This document shows positions 40,486-49,480 of a stretch of 64,000 nt of DNA, piece by piece (the stretch's first letter is position 1; each line of letters starts with the position of its first letter). The notes beneath the pieces are model-generated. The model did not search any database and had not been told where the DNA came from. It saw nothing but the letters and a program-made list of their open reading frames with translations. Position numbers and translations under genes: made by a program. The DNA is taken from contig CANRDT010000006.1 of assembly GCA_947629455.1 (NCBI GenBank), positions 18,476 to 82,475 on the forward strand, read 5' to 3'. The stretch comes from an uncultured Ruminococcus sp. (GTDB taxonomy: Bacteria > Bacillota > Clostridia > Oscillospirales > Ruminococcaceae).

Positions 40486-41145
40486 ATGACATACAAGGAA
40501 GAATTTATAAAATTTATGGTTGACAGCGGAGTGCTGACATTCGGAGATTTCACCCTCAAAAGTGGCAGAAAAGCTCCTTATTTTATTAATACCGGCAATT
40601 ACAAGACGGGCGCACAGCTGTCAAAGCTCGGAAGATTCTACGCCGAGTGTATCAACGATAACAATATCCCCGCAGACGTGCTGTTCGGACCCGCGTACAA
40701 GGGAATACCGCTTTCGGTATCGGCTGCCGTGGCTCTTTATGCCAATTTCGGCACTGACACCGCATATTGCTTTGACCGCAAGGAAGTAAAAGATCACGGC
40801 GAGGGCGGAATGTTCGTGGGAAAATCGCTTCAAGACGGCGACAGAGTAGTCATCATTGAGGACGTTATGACTTCGGGAAAGGCGCTCAAAGAGGTAATGC
40901 CCAAGCTTACCGGTGCGGCAAAGGTGCAGGTAACGGGTATGGTCATAACCGTGGACAGAATGGAAAAGGCGCTCGACAGCGATAAATCGGCAGTACAGAA
41001 CGCATACGACGAGTTCGGAGTAAAGGTGTATTCTATTGTGAATATAAACGACATCATCGACGCAATTAAGAGCGGCGTTATCGGCGGTGCGGAGTATCTG
41101 GACAAAATGCTTGAATACCGCGCAGCTTACGGCGTGCAGTACTGA
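40486..41145 (+). CDS. pyrE: Orotate phosphoribosyltransferase
   Basis: FGDFTLKSGR, FGPAYKGIP, RKEVKDHGEGG, IIEDVMTSG. Confidence 0.96.
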   Translation: MTYKEEFIKFMVDSGVLTFGDFTLKSGRKAPYFINTGNYKTGAQLSKLGRFYAECINDNNIPADVLFGPAYKGIPLSVSAAVALYANFGTDTAYCFDRKEVKDHGEGGMFVGKSLQDGDRVVIIEDVMTSGKALKEVMPKLTGAAKVQVTGMVITVDRMEKALDSDKSAVQNAYDEFGVKVYSIVNINDIIDAIKSGVIGGAEYLDKMLEYRAAYGVQY

Positions 41146-41221
41146 TTTTTTGTAAGCGTTTACAAGTTACAATTCGTTCAATAATGTAACGGAATTGTAG
41201 TAAAATGTAACTGACTTGTTC

Positions 41222-41250
41222 TTGAAGTGTTTATCGCTATGCGGTATAAT
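41222..41250 (+). promoter_or_regulatory. sigma-A promoter preceded by TGTAAC-like direct repeats
   Basis: TTGAAG-17-TATAAT; TGTAAC/TGTAGT/TGTAAC at 41185, 41196, 41206. Confidence 0.7.
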
Positions 41251-41256
41251 ATACTT

Positions 41257-41372
41257 GTAGAACAGAGAAGGAAAAAGAATGAAAACACTAAGTATTAACT
41301 CTTAGCTCGTTTCATCCTCTCCAAAATTTTTACACAAGTCAGAAGGCGGTCGCAAAGGCCGTCTTTCCTTTT
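41257..41372 (+). ncRNA. Candidate small regulatory RNA (~115 nt)
   Basis: Own promoter, intrinsic terminator 41343-41372, only an 8-codon ORF, internal UUUCAUCCUCUCC motif. Confidence 0.55.
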
Positions 41373-41440
41373 ATGAAAAAATTGACTGGCAGCTCGCTCA
41401 TGACGGAGAACTGCTTTTCAAGATAGAGCCGCTGAAATGA
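41372..41440 (+). pseudogene. 3' remnant of a DUF4160-like gene
   Basis: Frame reads ..IDWQLAHDGELLFKIEPLK*, resembling DUF4160 C-termini, just before DUF2442; no start or RBS. Confidence 0.6.
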
Positions 41441-41455
41441 TTCGGAGGTGGAAAT

Positions 41456-41701
41456 ATGAGATCGGTCATAAAAGTACAGCCGTTGGCAGATCACAAACTG
41501 ATATTGGAGTTTGATAACGGAGAACGGCGGATAAGCGACGTTTCCCATTTGCTTGCAAAACCCGTGTTTTCGTTCCTTGACGATCCGCGCTATTTTAATT
41601 CGGTTTATCTTGAATATGGCGCTGTTACTTGGAAAGATCCGGACGGAAACGAAGTTGATATATGCCCGAACAAGCTGTATGCGGACAGCCTGCCTGTATA
41701 G
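41456..41701 (+). CDS. DUF2442 family protein
   Basis: V..V.PL.D.KL.L.FDNGE...DV, F..V......VTW....DICP..LY; GGAGGTG RBS. Confidence 0.85.
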   Translation: MRSVIKVQPLADHKLILEFDNGERRISDVSHLLAKPVFSFLDDPRYFNSVYLEYGAVTWKDPDGNEVDICPNKLYADSLPV

Positions 41702-41790
41702 GGCAAATGATGATAGCTTTTAAAAAGCGGTGAAAACGGCGGCAAACAGCTGCCGTTATTTTTTGCTGATTTTAACGCCGTCCCTCCCCC

Positions 41791-41819
41791 TTGACATCAT
41801 TATGATAAAATGTTAAAAT
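41791..41819 (+). promoter_or_regulatory. sigma-A promoter of TrpB2-like gene
   Basis: TTGACA-17-TAAAAT with TG extended -10. Confidence 0.75.
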
Positions 41820-41913
41820 AATAAAGGCGGAGCGTTTGCGCCGTCTGCGCCGGAAAACGCCCTGTGCGCTGCATTCCGGCATAATTACGATCATTTTGAA
41901 AGGACTGTTGACC

Positions 41914-43281
41914 ATGAGCGAAAAAATCCCGTATAAGATCTATCTCAGCGAAAATGAACTTCCCGACAAGTGGTACAATGTCAGGGCGGATATGTCCGTA
42001 AAGCCTGCGCCGCTGCTTAATCCCGGCACAGGCAAGCCTATGACGCTGGAAGAACTCAGCGGCGTGTTCTGTACCGAGCTTGCCGCGCAGGAACTGGATA
42101 ATGATACCGCATATATCCCCATTCCGCAGGAAATACTCGATTTTTATAAGATGTATCGCCCTGCGCCGCTGGTAAGAGCGTATTTTCTTGAAAAGGCTCT
42201 GGACACTCCGGCTAAGATCTACTATAAATTTGAGGGAAACAACACCTCGGGCAGCCATAAGCTAAACAGCGCTATCGCACAGGCTTATTATGCGAAAAAA
42301 CAGGGACTTAAAGGCGTTACAACCGAGACCGGAGCAGGTCAGTGGGGTACGGCTCTTTCAATGGCGTGCGCTTATTTCGATCTGGACTGCAAGGTGTATA
42401 TGGTAAAATGCTCCTACGAGCAGAAACCGTTCAGACGCGAGGTCATGAGAACTTACGGCGCGAATGTTACGCCTTCTCCCTCGGACACAACAAACGTTGG
42501 CAGAAAGATACTGGAGGAATTTCCCGGAACGACAGGTTCGCTCGGCTGCGCGATCTCGGAGGCGGTCGAGGCTGCGGTAAGTACCGAGGGCTACAGATAT
42601 GTGCTCGGCTCGGTGCTTTCTCAGGTACTGCTCCACCAGTCGATCATCGGTCTTGAAACTATGACTGCCTGCGATAAGTATGACATCAAGCCCGACGTTA
42701 TCATCGGCTGTGCAGGCGGCGGCTCAAACCTCGGCGGACTTATTTCTCCGTTTATGGGAAGAAAGCTGAGGGGAGAAGCTGACTATCAGATCATTGCGGT
42801 CGAGCCTGCGTCCTGCCCGTCGCTTACGAGAGGAAAGTACGCATACGACTTCTGCGATACGGGTAAGGTATGCCCTCTTGCAAAGATGTATACCCTGGGC
42901 AGCGGATTCATTCCTTCTCCCAATCACGCAGGAGGTCTGCGCTATCACGGAATGAGCAGCGTGGTTTCCGAGCTGTACGATCAGGGACTTATCGAGGCGA
43001 GGAGCGTAGAGCAGACGTCTGTATTTGACGCGGCTACAAAGTTTGCAAGGGTAGAGGGAACTCTTCCTGCGCCCGAAAGCAGCCATGCTATCAAGGTGGC
43101 TATCGACGAGGCTCTCAGGTGTAAGGAAACGGGAGAGGAAAAGACTATCCTGTTCGGTCTGACGGGTACGGGATATTTCGATATGGTGGCTTATCAGAAG
43201 TACAACGACGGTCAGATGTCGGATTATATCCCGACGGACGAAGAACTTCAGAAGAGTTTTGATAAACTCCCGAAGATCTGA
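41914..43281 (+). CDS. TrpB-like PLP-dependent enzyme (TrpB2)
   Basis: GSHKLNSA, TETGAGQWG, GGGSN, HAGGLRYHG, PAPESSHA. Confidence 0.93.
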   Translation: MSEKIPYKIYLSENELPDKWYNVRADMSVKPAPLLNPGTGKPMTLEELSGVFCTELAAQELDNDTAYIPIPQEILDFYKMYRPAPLVRAYFLEKALDTPAKIYYKFEGNNTSGSHKLNSAIAQAYYAKKQGLKGVTTETGAGQWGTALSMACAYFDLDCKVYMVKCSYEQKPFRREVMRTYGANVTPSPSDTTNVGRKILEEFPGTTGSLGCAISEAVEAAVSTEGYRYVLGSVLSQVLLHQSIIGLETMTACDKYDIKPDVIIGCAGGGSNLGGLISPFMGRKLRGEADYQIIAVEPASCPSLTRGKYAYDFCDTGKVCPLAKMYTLGSGFIPSPNHAGGLRYHGMSSVVSELYDQGLIEARSVEQTSVFDAATKFARVEGTLPAPESSHAIKVAIDEALRCKETGEEKTILFGLTGTGYFDMVAYQKYNDGQMSDYIPTDEELQKSFDKLPKI

Positions 43282-43307
43282 TAGCCCTTTGTTGAATTTT
43301 ACTAAAC

Positions 43308-43342
43308 AAACTGTTATTCCCCGATCGGGGAATAACAGTTTT
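43308..43342 (+). terminator. Module E hairpin, likely acting as terminator
   Basis: AAACTGTTATTCCCCG-AT-CGGGGAATAACAGTTTT. Confidence 0.7.
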
Positions 43343-43416
43343 CAAAAAACCGACTCTTGCGGATACAGCCGATCCGTATGATCGCGGCTCTTTGATTTTT
43401 AAGGCGGTGTTTAGAT

Positions 43417-43920
43417 TTGAAACGTTTTCTGGAAATAGGCGAGATAGTATCCGTTTTCGGAATTAAAGGCGAAGTAAAGGTAAAGCCTTGGTGCGATTCG
43501 CCGGACTTTCTCTGCGAATTTGATACTCTGTACTATAAAAACGGCGGCAGCGTTGCCGTTGAAAGAGCGAGAGTCGCAAAGAATATAGTCGTTATGAAGA
43601 TCGAGGGCTGCGACACTGTCGAGGACGCACAGAAACTGAGGGGAAAGATCCTTTGTATGGACCGCAGTGACGTAGAGCTTGACGAGGGAGTATACTTTGT
43701 GCAGGATCTTATTTCCATGGAAGTAAGGGACGCAAGGGACGGCAGCGTTTACGGTGTCATAACCGATGTGAGCAAAACGGGCGCGAACGACGTGTACCAT
43801 ATTAAAAGCGGCAGCGGAAAAATGCTGTATGCTCCCGCGATACCCGACGTTGTGAAAGAAGTGGACGTGGAGAACGGCGTTATGAAGATAATACCGCTTG
43901 ACGGGCTGTTTGACATCTGA
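43417..43920 (+). CDS. rimM: Ribosome maturation factor RimM
   Basis: IGEIV..FGIKGEVKV, TGANDVY, PAI..VV..VD. Confidence 0.95.
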   Translation: MKRFLEIGEIVSVFGIKGEVKVKPWCDSPDFLCEFDTLYYKNGGSVAVERARVAKNIVVMKIEGCDTVEDAQKLRGKILCMDRSDVELDEGVYFVQDLISMEVRDARDGSVYGVITDVSKTGANDVYHIKSGSGKMLYAPAIPDVVKEVDVENGVMKIIPLDGLFDI

Positions 43921-43937
43921 ACGGGAAAGGTCTGCTT

Positions 43938-44678
43938 ATGAGATTTGATATAGCAACGCTGTTTCCGCAGATGTTGGAGGAGTATCTTTCGGCAAGCGTT
44001 ATAGGAAGGGCGAGAGCGAAAGGCATTTTCACGGCGCAGTGTCATAATATCAGGGATTATTCCTTTGACAAGCACCGCCGAGTGGACGATACGCCGTACA
44101 GCGAAAGACAGGGTATGCTGATGAAATGCGAGCCTGTTTATCGCTGCTGGCAGGCGGTATGCAATATGACGCGTTCGCAGCCGTATGTAATATATATGTC
44201 GCCGCAGGGGAATACTCTTACACAGAAGAAATGCGGCGAGCTTTCCGAAAAGGAACATATATTCATACTCTGCGGTCACTACGAGGGAGTGGACTGCCGC
44301 GTGGTGGAAAAGATCGTGGACGAGGAAATATCGGTCGGGGATTATGTGCTTACGGGCGGCGAGCTGCCTGCGCTTATACTGGTGGATTCGGTAGTGCGGC
44401 TGCTTGACGGTGCGCTTGCTCAGCCCGACTGTTATCAGGACGAAAGCCATTATTCGGGACTGCTGGAATATCCGCAGTATACCCGTCCCGAAGAGTGGGA
44501 GGGAATGAAAGTCCCCGAGATACTTCTGTCAGGTCATCATTCAAACATAATGAAATGGCGGCATGAGCAGGCGTTGATAAATACTTATAAAAAACGTCCC
44601 GATATGTTAAAAGATAGTCAATTAAGTGAATACGATTTGGCTATTTTGACTAAAACCGATCCGAATTTTAAAATGTAA
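43938..44678 (+). CDS. trmD: tRNA (guanine37-N1)-methyltransferase
   Basis: TLFP, LCGHYEGVD, SVGDYVLTGGE, YPQYTRP, LSGHH. Confidence 0.97.
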   Translation: MRFDIATLFPQMLEEYLSASVIGRARAKGIFTAQCHNIRDYSFDKHRRVDDTPYSERQGMLMKCEPVYRCWQAVCNMTRSQPYVIYMSPQGNTLTQKKCGELSEKEHIFILCGHYEGVDCRVVEKIVDEEISVGDYVLTGGELPALILVDSVVRLLDGALAQPDCYQDESHYSGLLEYPQYTRPEEWEGMKVPEILLSGHHSNIMKWRHEQALINTYKKRPDMLKDSQLSEYDLAILTKTDPNFKM

Positions 44679-44849
44679 ATTTTGCAAATCAACTTTTCAA
44701 CAAGGATTTGTTAAGTTATTTTGTCTAAACTGTCACAACAGTTGAAAACTATTTGCACAACTTGCACAAAATCAAACGTTCCATTCAACGGCAATATCGG
44801 CAAAACTACAAAATATATTGTTTTTTCGGGCGTTTGGTAAAAATTTGCG

Positions 44850-44878
44850 TTGACGTTTTACGGGTTGTCCTGTATAAT
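44850..44878 (+). promoter_or_regulatory. sigma-A promoter of ptsH
   Basis: TTGACG-17-TATAAT. Confidence 0.75.
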
Positions 44879-44953
44879 ATAATTATAAAATGAAAGGGAA
44901 ATATATCTGCACTGCCTTGAGTGTGCGGAAATTTTATGAATGGAGAGATTATT

Positions 44954-45226
44954 ATGTTTGTAAAAGATGTTGTAGTTCAGAATCAGGTCGGACTTCATGC
45001 ACGTCCTGCAACTTTCTTTATCCAAAAAGCAAACGAGTTCAAGTCTTCTATATGGATCGAGAAAGAAGAGAGAAGAGTTAACGCCAAGAGCCTGCTGGGT
45101 ATTCTTTCGCTCGGTATCGTCGGCGGAACTTCCATCAGGATCATTGCCGACGGCGTTGACGAGCAGGCTGCCGTTGAGGGACTGGTAGAGCTGGTCGACA
45201 GCGGTTTTTCCGAGGACGCAAGATAA
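44954..45226 (+). CDS. ptsH: HPr phosphocarrier protein
   Basis: GLHARPA, VNAKSLLGILSLG, ADGVDE. Confidence 0.95.
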   Translation: MFVKDVVVQNQVGLHARPATFFIQKANEFKSSIWIEKEERRVNAKSLLGILSLGIVGGTSIRIIADGVDEQAAVEGLVELVDSGFSEDAR

Positions 45227-45387
45227 CGGCTTTTGCCGACCTTGCACAATTGATTTGATCTATCGAAACGTCTTTATGAGCGCCGCAGCTTTGGCGCTTA
45301 TAAGGGCGTTTTTTGCATACCCGATCATCTTGCCCCAAAAATTGATCCGCACGCTCTCAGGGGGGGAGAGGAACGCGCGGATCTTTT

Positions 45388-45717
45388 TTATTGTTTGTCG
45401 GCAGGCGGATCGGCGAACGGGAACAACTGCTTGTACCCGTCAAAATCGTCCCTGCTGCGGTCTGCGCCGTTTGGGATAAGTCCGGTGCATTCGGTCGCGG
45501 AAACTGCCGGATCGCTGTATTCCCACTGCCTGCCGCTCATGGACAGCTCGTCGTCGGGATCGTAACGGCTGCTGCACTGGCGCAGTTCCTCAAACGCGGC
45601 GACCGTGCCGTTCATCAGACTGCGCTGCAGCCCGACAGGCAGCGATCTGAAAAACTTCATTGCCTCGGGATCTCTGTCCAGAGTATCACAAAGCGGCGGT
45701 CTGTTATTGTCTGACAT
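45388..45717 (-). CDS. Hypothetical small protein with SATECTGLIP motif
   Basis: AAGGAG RBS 8 nt before ATG; clean ORF convergent with ptsH. Confidence 0.65.
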   Translation of the reverse strand: MSDNNRPPLCDTLDRDPEAMKFFRSLPVGLQRSLMNGTVAAFEELRQCSSRYDPDDELSMSGRQWEYSDPAVSATECTGLIPNGADRSRDDFDGYKQLFPFADPPADKQ

Positions 45718-45789
45718 AGTATTCACTCCTTGTACTTGATATTCATATTATTGCCAGCTTCGGCTAAAATAATCGTTTAGAGATAAGCT

Positions 45790-45828
45790 GTTAGAAATAA
45801 GATGTAAGAGAAAAGAAGTAAGATTGCT
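45790..45828 (+). repeat. Degenerate TAAGAGG-type heptamer arm
   Basis: Inverted partner at 46173-46213. Confidence 0.7.
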
Positions 45829-45879
45829 CCGCAGGCTGATTTTACGATACGCAGTTTGGTTGATAAGTAGTAGGAAATC

Positions 45880-46112
45880 AAGAAAAGGTTTTGGCACCAG
45901 CCTTTTCCTTAAAAAGGCTTGCAGGGTCAAGGGACAGCGTCCCTTGTCGCCGTCCGCAGACGGCGAAATACCCCCTGCCGTTTGCGTCCGCAAGGGGTGA
46001 ATTTCAAAACAGTCCTGTGGACTGTTTTGAAAGAGGGGACGACCTACAAGAAGGGCGTCCCCTGAGTATGGGCGGCATTTCTCTCTGCCGCCGCTTGCGG
46101 CGGCAGCTACGC
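45880..46112 (+). repeat. Multi-hairpin element family C, copy 2 (5' part)
   Basis: Aligns with revcomp of 40080-40320. Confidence 0.9.
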
Positions 46113-46172
46113 TAACAACCCGTTTTGGTTATACAGATTATTAAAGTTTGTTAAGGCGACAGAGTCACAATT

Positions 46173-46213
46173 AGCATTTCTTACTTCTGTCCTCTTACCT
46201 CTTACTTCTAAAC
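46173..46213 (-). repeat. Degenerate TAAGAGG-type heptamer arm
   Basis: CTCTTACCTCTTACTTCTA; revcomp resembles 45790-45828. Confidence 0.7.
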
Positions 46214-46216
46214 GCT

Positions 46217-46470
46217 GACGGCGAAATACCCCCTGCCGTTTGCGTCCGCAAGGGGTGAATTTCAAAACAGTCCGGTGGACTGTTTTGAAAGAGGGGACGA
46301 CCTGCAAGAAGGGCGTCCCCTGAGTATGGGCGGCATTTCTTTCTGCCGACGCTTGCGGAGGCTGCGACGCAGCTATTGCCGAAAATATTACTCCGTATAT
46401 ATATCAAATGATATTTTCCCCAATGTGGAAAACAGCATTATCTAAAAACTTTCCGCTTGCGGCTAAGGTA
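46217..46470 (+). repeat. Multi-hairpin element family C, copy 3 (3' part)
   Basis: 46218-46340 nearly identical to 45959-46081; 46371-46465 aligns with revcomp of 39985-40080. Confidence 0.9.
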
Positions 46471-46691
46471 ATTCACCCTAAAAATAAAAATCGTAGAAAA
46501 TCAAAGAAAATAAAAGAAATATTCAGTATATGTGAGATATATTCACTATTTACCAGTGTTTGTCATCGGGACACGCCTAAAAGTCCGGAGAATGGATTTG
46601 CGGTTCATCTGAACTTATGATACAATAATATTACCGCAAGAACGGTACAAATAAACTTTTTAAACAGCCAAGTGTGAAAGGAGGTCAGGAT

Positions 46692-47270
46692 ATGTATGAT
46701 AAAATACCCGGGACGGAGCTCGATCTGCCGCCGGGAAAGGAAAAGGAGGTTTTTTCCGTCATAAAGCCGATACTTGACGCAACGGGAGGACTTACTCTTT
46801 CGCAGCTGTCAAGCCTGACAGGTCTGGAGGGCTCGACCATACAGAACTGGATAAAGAGAGGCTGGGTAGCCGCCGCGAAGGGGAAGAAGTATCAGGAACG
46901 GCAGGTGGTCAGGATACTGCTGCTGAACGTACTGCGCGGATCGCTGAAGCTGGAGGACATTGCAAGTCTTATGGAGTATGTCAACGGCAGAGTTGACGAT
47001 TATTCGGACGACATTATGCACGACACTCAGCTTTACGATCTTATGTGCAGGATAATTTTCCTGACCGGCAGGTCGGGAACGGACGGCAGGGAACAGCTGC
47101 TCGGGCTGATAGAAGAAAGTATCCCGGAGGAATACACGGGCGAGGACAGGCGCAGGCTCATCAAAGTCCTGCTGATAGCCGTTCTGGGCTGCAAAGCGTC
47201 ATATTACCGTCAGCTGGCGGAAAAAGAGTATAAGAATTTGTCATTTGAAAAATCGGAGGTATTGTTATGA
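46692..47270 (+). CDS. DUF1836 (MerR-like HTH) protein
   Basis: TIQNWIKRG..KKY...Q....LL...L...LKLEDI. Confidence 0.8.
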   Translation: MYDKIPGTELDLPPGKEKEVFSVIKPILDATGGLTLSQLSSLTGLEGSTIQNWIKRGWVAAAKGKKYQERQVVRILLLNVLRGSLKLEDIASLMEYVNGRVDDYSDDIMHDTQLYDLMCRIIFLTGRSGTDGREQLLGLIEESIPEEYTGEDRRRLIKVLLIAVLGCKASYYRQLAEKEYKNLSFEKSEVLL

Positions 47271-48157
47271 AAAATGTAAACGGCAACGTAGTGGACATAG
47301 GACCCAAGGGAAAGACCGGAAAAATAATCGCGGTCATCGCAGTGCTGGTCGTTGTGATAATTATTCTGGCGACGACTGTGGCGATAGTTCCGGCAGGCTC
47401 TACCGGCGTCATCGTCACGTTCGGAAAAGTCTCCGAAAATACTTACGCCGAGGGTTTTCACCTGAAAATACCTATAGCGCAGGAGCTGGTGGTGGTTTCC
47501 AATAAGATACAGGTATACGAGGCGGATGCGAGCGCGGTATCCAAGGATCTTCAGACGGTAAATTCCAAAATAGCGGTAAACTTCCGCGTAAGGGCGGATT
47601 CGTCGGCGTCGATCTATAAGAATATCGGTGCGGATTATCAGCAGATCATACTTATGCCGGCAGTGCAGGAATCCATGAAAGCTGTAAGCGCAAAGTACAC
47701 CGCCGAGGAGCTCATCACCGAGCGCAATCAGGTGGGCAGCGAGATCAAGGAACAGCTGGAGACCAAGGTTTCCGATTACGGCATACAGATCGAGAAGTTC
47801 AACATAGTGAACTTTGACTTTTCCGCGGAATTTAACAGCGCGATCGAGGCAAAACAGGTAGCCGAGCAGAACCTTCTCAAGACCAAGACGGAGCAGGAGG
47901 AGCAGAAGGTCATAGCCGAAACGGAGGCGGAAAAGAAAAAGATAGCTGCCGAGGCGGAGGCTGAGGCGATAAAGACCAAGGCGGACGCTCAGGCGGAGGC
48001 AAATAAGGTCATCAGCGAATCGCTCAGCGACAGGGTAATTCAGTACGAAACGCTTGAAAAGTGGAACGGCGAGCTGCCCAAGGTCACATCTTCGGCAAAT
48101 CCGTTTATTAGTATGGATCTGGGAGAGCTTGAAGAACAGCCCGGCGCACAGCAGTGA
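47267..48157 (+). CDS. SPFH/prohibitin family protein
   Basis: VPAG..GV...FGKV, SKDLQ, AIEAKQVAEQ, AEAEA coiled coil, EKWNG.LP. Confidence 0.93.
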   Translation: MKNVNGNVVDIGPKGKTGKIIAVIAVLVVVIIILATTVAIVPAGSTGVIVTFGKVSENTYAEGFHLKIPIAQELVVVSNKIQVYEADASAVSKDLQTVNSKIAVNFRVRADSSASIYKNIGADYQQIILMPAVQESMKAVSAKYTAEELITERNQVGSEIKEQLETKVSDYGIQIEKFNIVNFDFSAEFNSAIEAKQVAEQNLLKTKTEQEEQKVIAETEAEKKKIAAEAEAEAIKTKADAQAEANKVISESLSDRVIQYETLEKWNGELPKVTSSANPFISMDLGELEEQPGAQQ

Positions 48158-48250
48158 GCGTTGTAAAATGCTTTCGGCAGCGTCACATTCCAAAAGGGGA
48201 CAAGTACGGAAAATAATTGTGAAAAAACCGAGGTGTTTGATAAAAATTTA

Positions 48251-48279
48251 TTGACATCTTTGTTAAAATGTAATATAAT
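48251..48279 (+). promoter_or_regulatory. sigma-A promoter of pspA operon
   Basis: Exact TTGACA-17-TATAAT. Confidence 0.85.
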
Positions 48280-48337
48280 TATTACAATAGGTACGGTATA
48301 AATAAAAACGGCATATCGCCGGAAAGGAGTATGGGAT

Positions 48338-48817
48338 ATGGCTGATGTGGATAAGGATCTGATGAAAATGGAATCGGAGCTTAAAAGTACCGAAACGCCG
48401 CCTGCGCCAAGGAGGACAGCCGCGCCGGCAGAGCCTGAGAACAAGGGTACCGATCACGAGCTTTTGCAGTTCTTTATGGGATTTCTGCTGCTTGGCGGAG
48501 GTATCTACTGGGTGCTCAACTCGTTTACCGTTCATTCGGGCTGGGGCGTTGGCTACTACAGCTTTTTCGGAATGAGGATAAGCGGCGGAGTAATGCTCAT
48601 ACCGCTGCTCGTGGGTATCGGTCTGCTGTTCTTTATGGATAAAAAGGTCATCGGCGGCTGTGTCAGCGCGCTCGGACTGCTCGTTATACTTATCTCACTG
48701 CTGTCCTCGCTTTCATTTACGGCAAAATACGGCTCGCTCTACGTCTATGTGCTGATGTTCGCTATGATCGCGGCAGGCGCAGGACTGCTCATAAGGGTGC
48801 TTTTCAAGAAACGCTGA
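48338..48817 (+). CDS. Hypothetical 4-TM membrane protein
   Basis: AAGGAG RBS; soluble N-terminal helix, then four hydrophobic segments. Confidence 0.8.
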   Translation: MADVDKDLMKMESELKSTETPPAPRRTAAPAEPENKGTDHELLQFFMGFLLLGGGIYWVLNSFTVHSGWGVGYYSFFGMRISGGVMLIPLLVGIGLLFFMDKKVIGGCVSALGLLVILISLLSSLSFTAKYGSLYVYVLMFAMIAAGAGLLIRVLFKKR

Positions 48818-48829
48818 ACGGTCTGCAAT

Positions 48830-49420
48830 ATGAATTTCTTTATGATAGGATTTGCGGCGTCGCTGCTGCATCTTAACACGAGCTGGATAACCGCGTATAT
48901 CGTCAAGGCGGTCGGAATGTTCTTTATGCTTGGCGGTATCGCTGAAATGAAAGCGTTCACGGAGGATTTTTCACCGCTGAGGGGCAGGTGTATCCGCGCA
49001 CTCATAGTCTGTATCGCGGCGGGAGCAGGTCTTGCTGTAGTAAAGTTTGCCGTAAAGACCGAAACGGCGGTGGATATTGCAAGCATTGCCGCAGGAACGC
49101 TTTCGAGCCTGTTCTGCCTCGGCTTTGGCAAAGAAATGCTTGCGCTGCTCGATAAGAAACAGGGGCTTGTGAGCGACAGGTTCAATATCGAGGATATAAA
49201 CAAGTGGTTCGGCAGAATAATGAAATTTACGGCGGTCTGCCTTGTGTCGGACGCACTTTACAGGATCTCGGAGGAATCCACCCCGGGGGCGCTGTGCGGA
49301 GTGATCTCGGCGGCTGTTCGGATAGCTCTGTTTGTCGCGGTGGGTATGGGAACAGCCGCGTTCAATCGGGCGAGAATGGATTTCAATACGGTACATTCCG
49401 GAGATTTTCCGGATATATAG
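48830..49420 (+). CDS. Hypothetical multi-pass membrane protein
   Basis: About five hydrophobic segments; operonic spacing. Confidence 0.65.
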   Translation: MNFFMIGFAASLLHLNTSWITAYIVKAVGMFFMLGGIAEMKAFTEDFSPLRGRCIRALIVCIAAGAGLAVVKFAVKTETAVDIASIAAGTLSSLFCLGFGKEMLALLDKKQGLVSDRFNIEDINKWFGRIMKFTAVCLVSDALYRISEESTPGALCGVISAAVRIALFVAVGMGTAAFNRARMDFNTVHSGDFPDI

Positions 49421-49480
49421 ACGCTCTTTGCCTTGCGGCGAAAGGGTACGTTAAAAAATAATTATACAGGAGGAGTAAGA

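Noticed and set aside
43417-44678. rimM-trmD without rpsP and rplS
   Set aside because: Simple operon rearrangement; no sign of a special mechanism
47210-48193. 327-aa minus-strand ORF
   Set aside because: Antisense shadow of the SPFH gene
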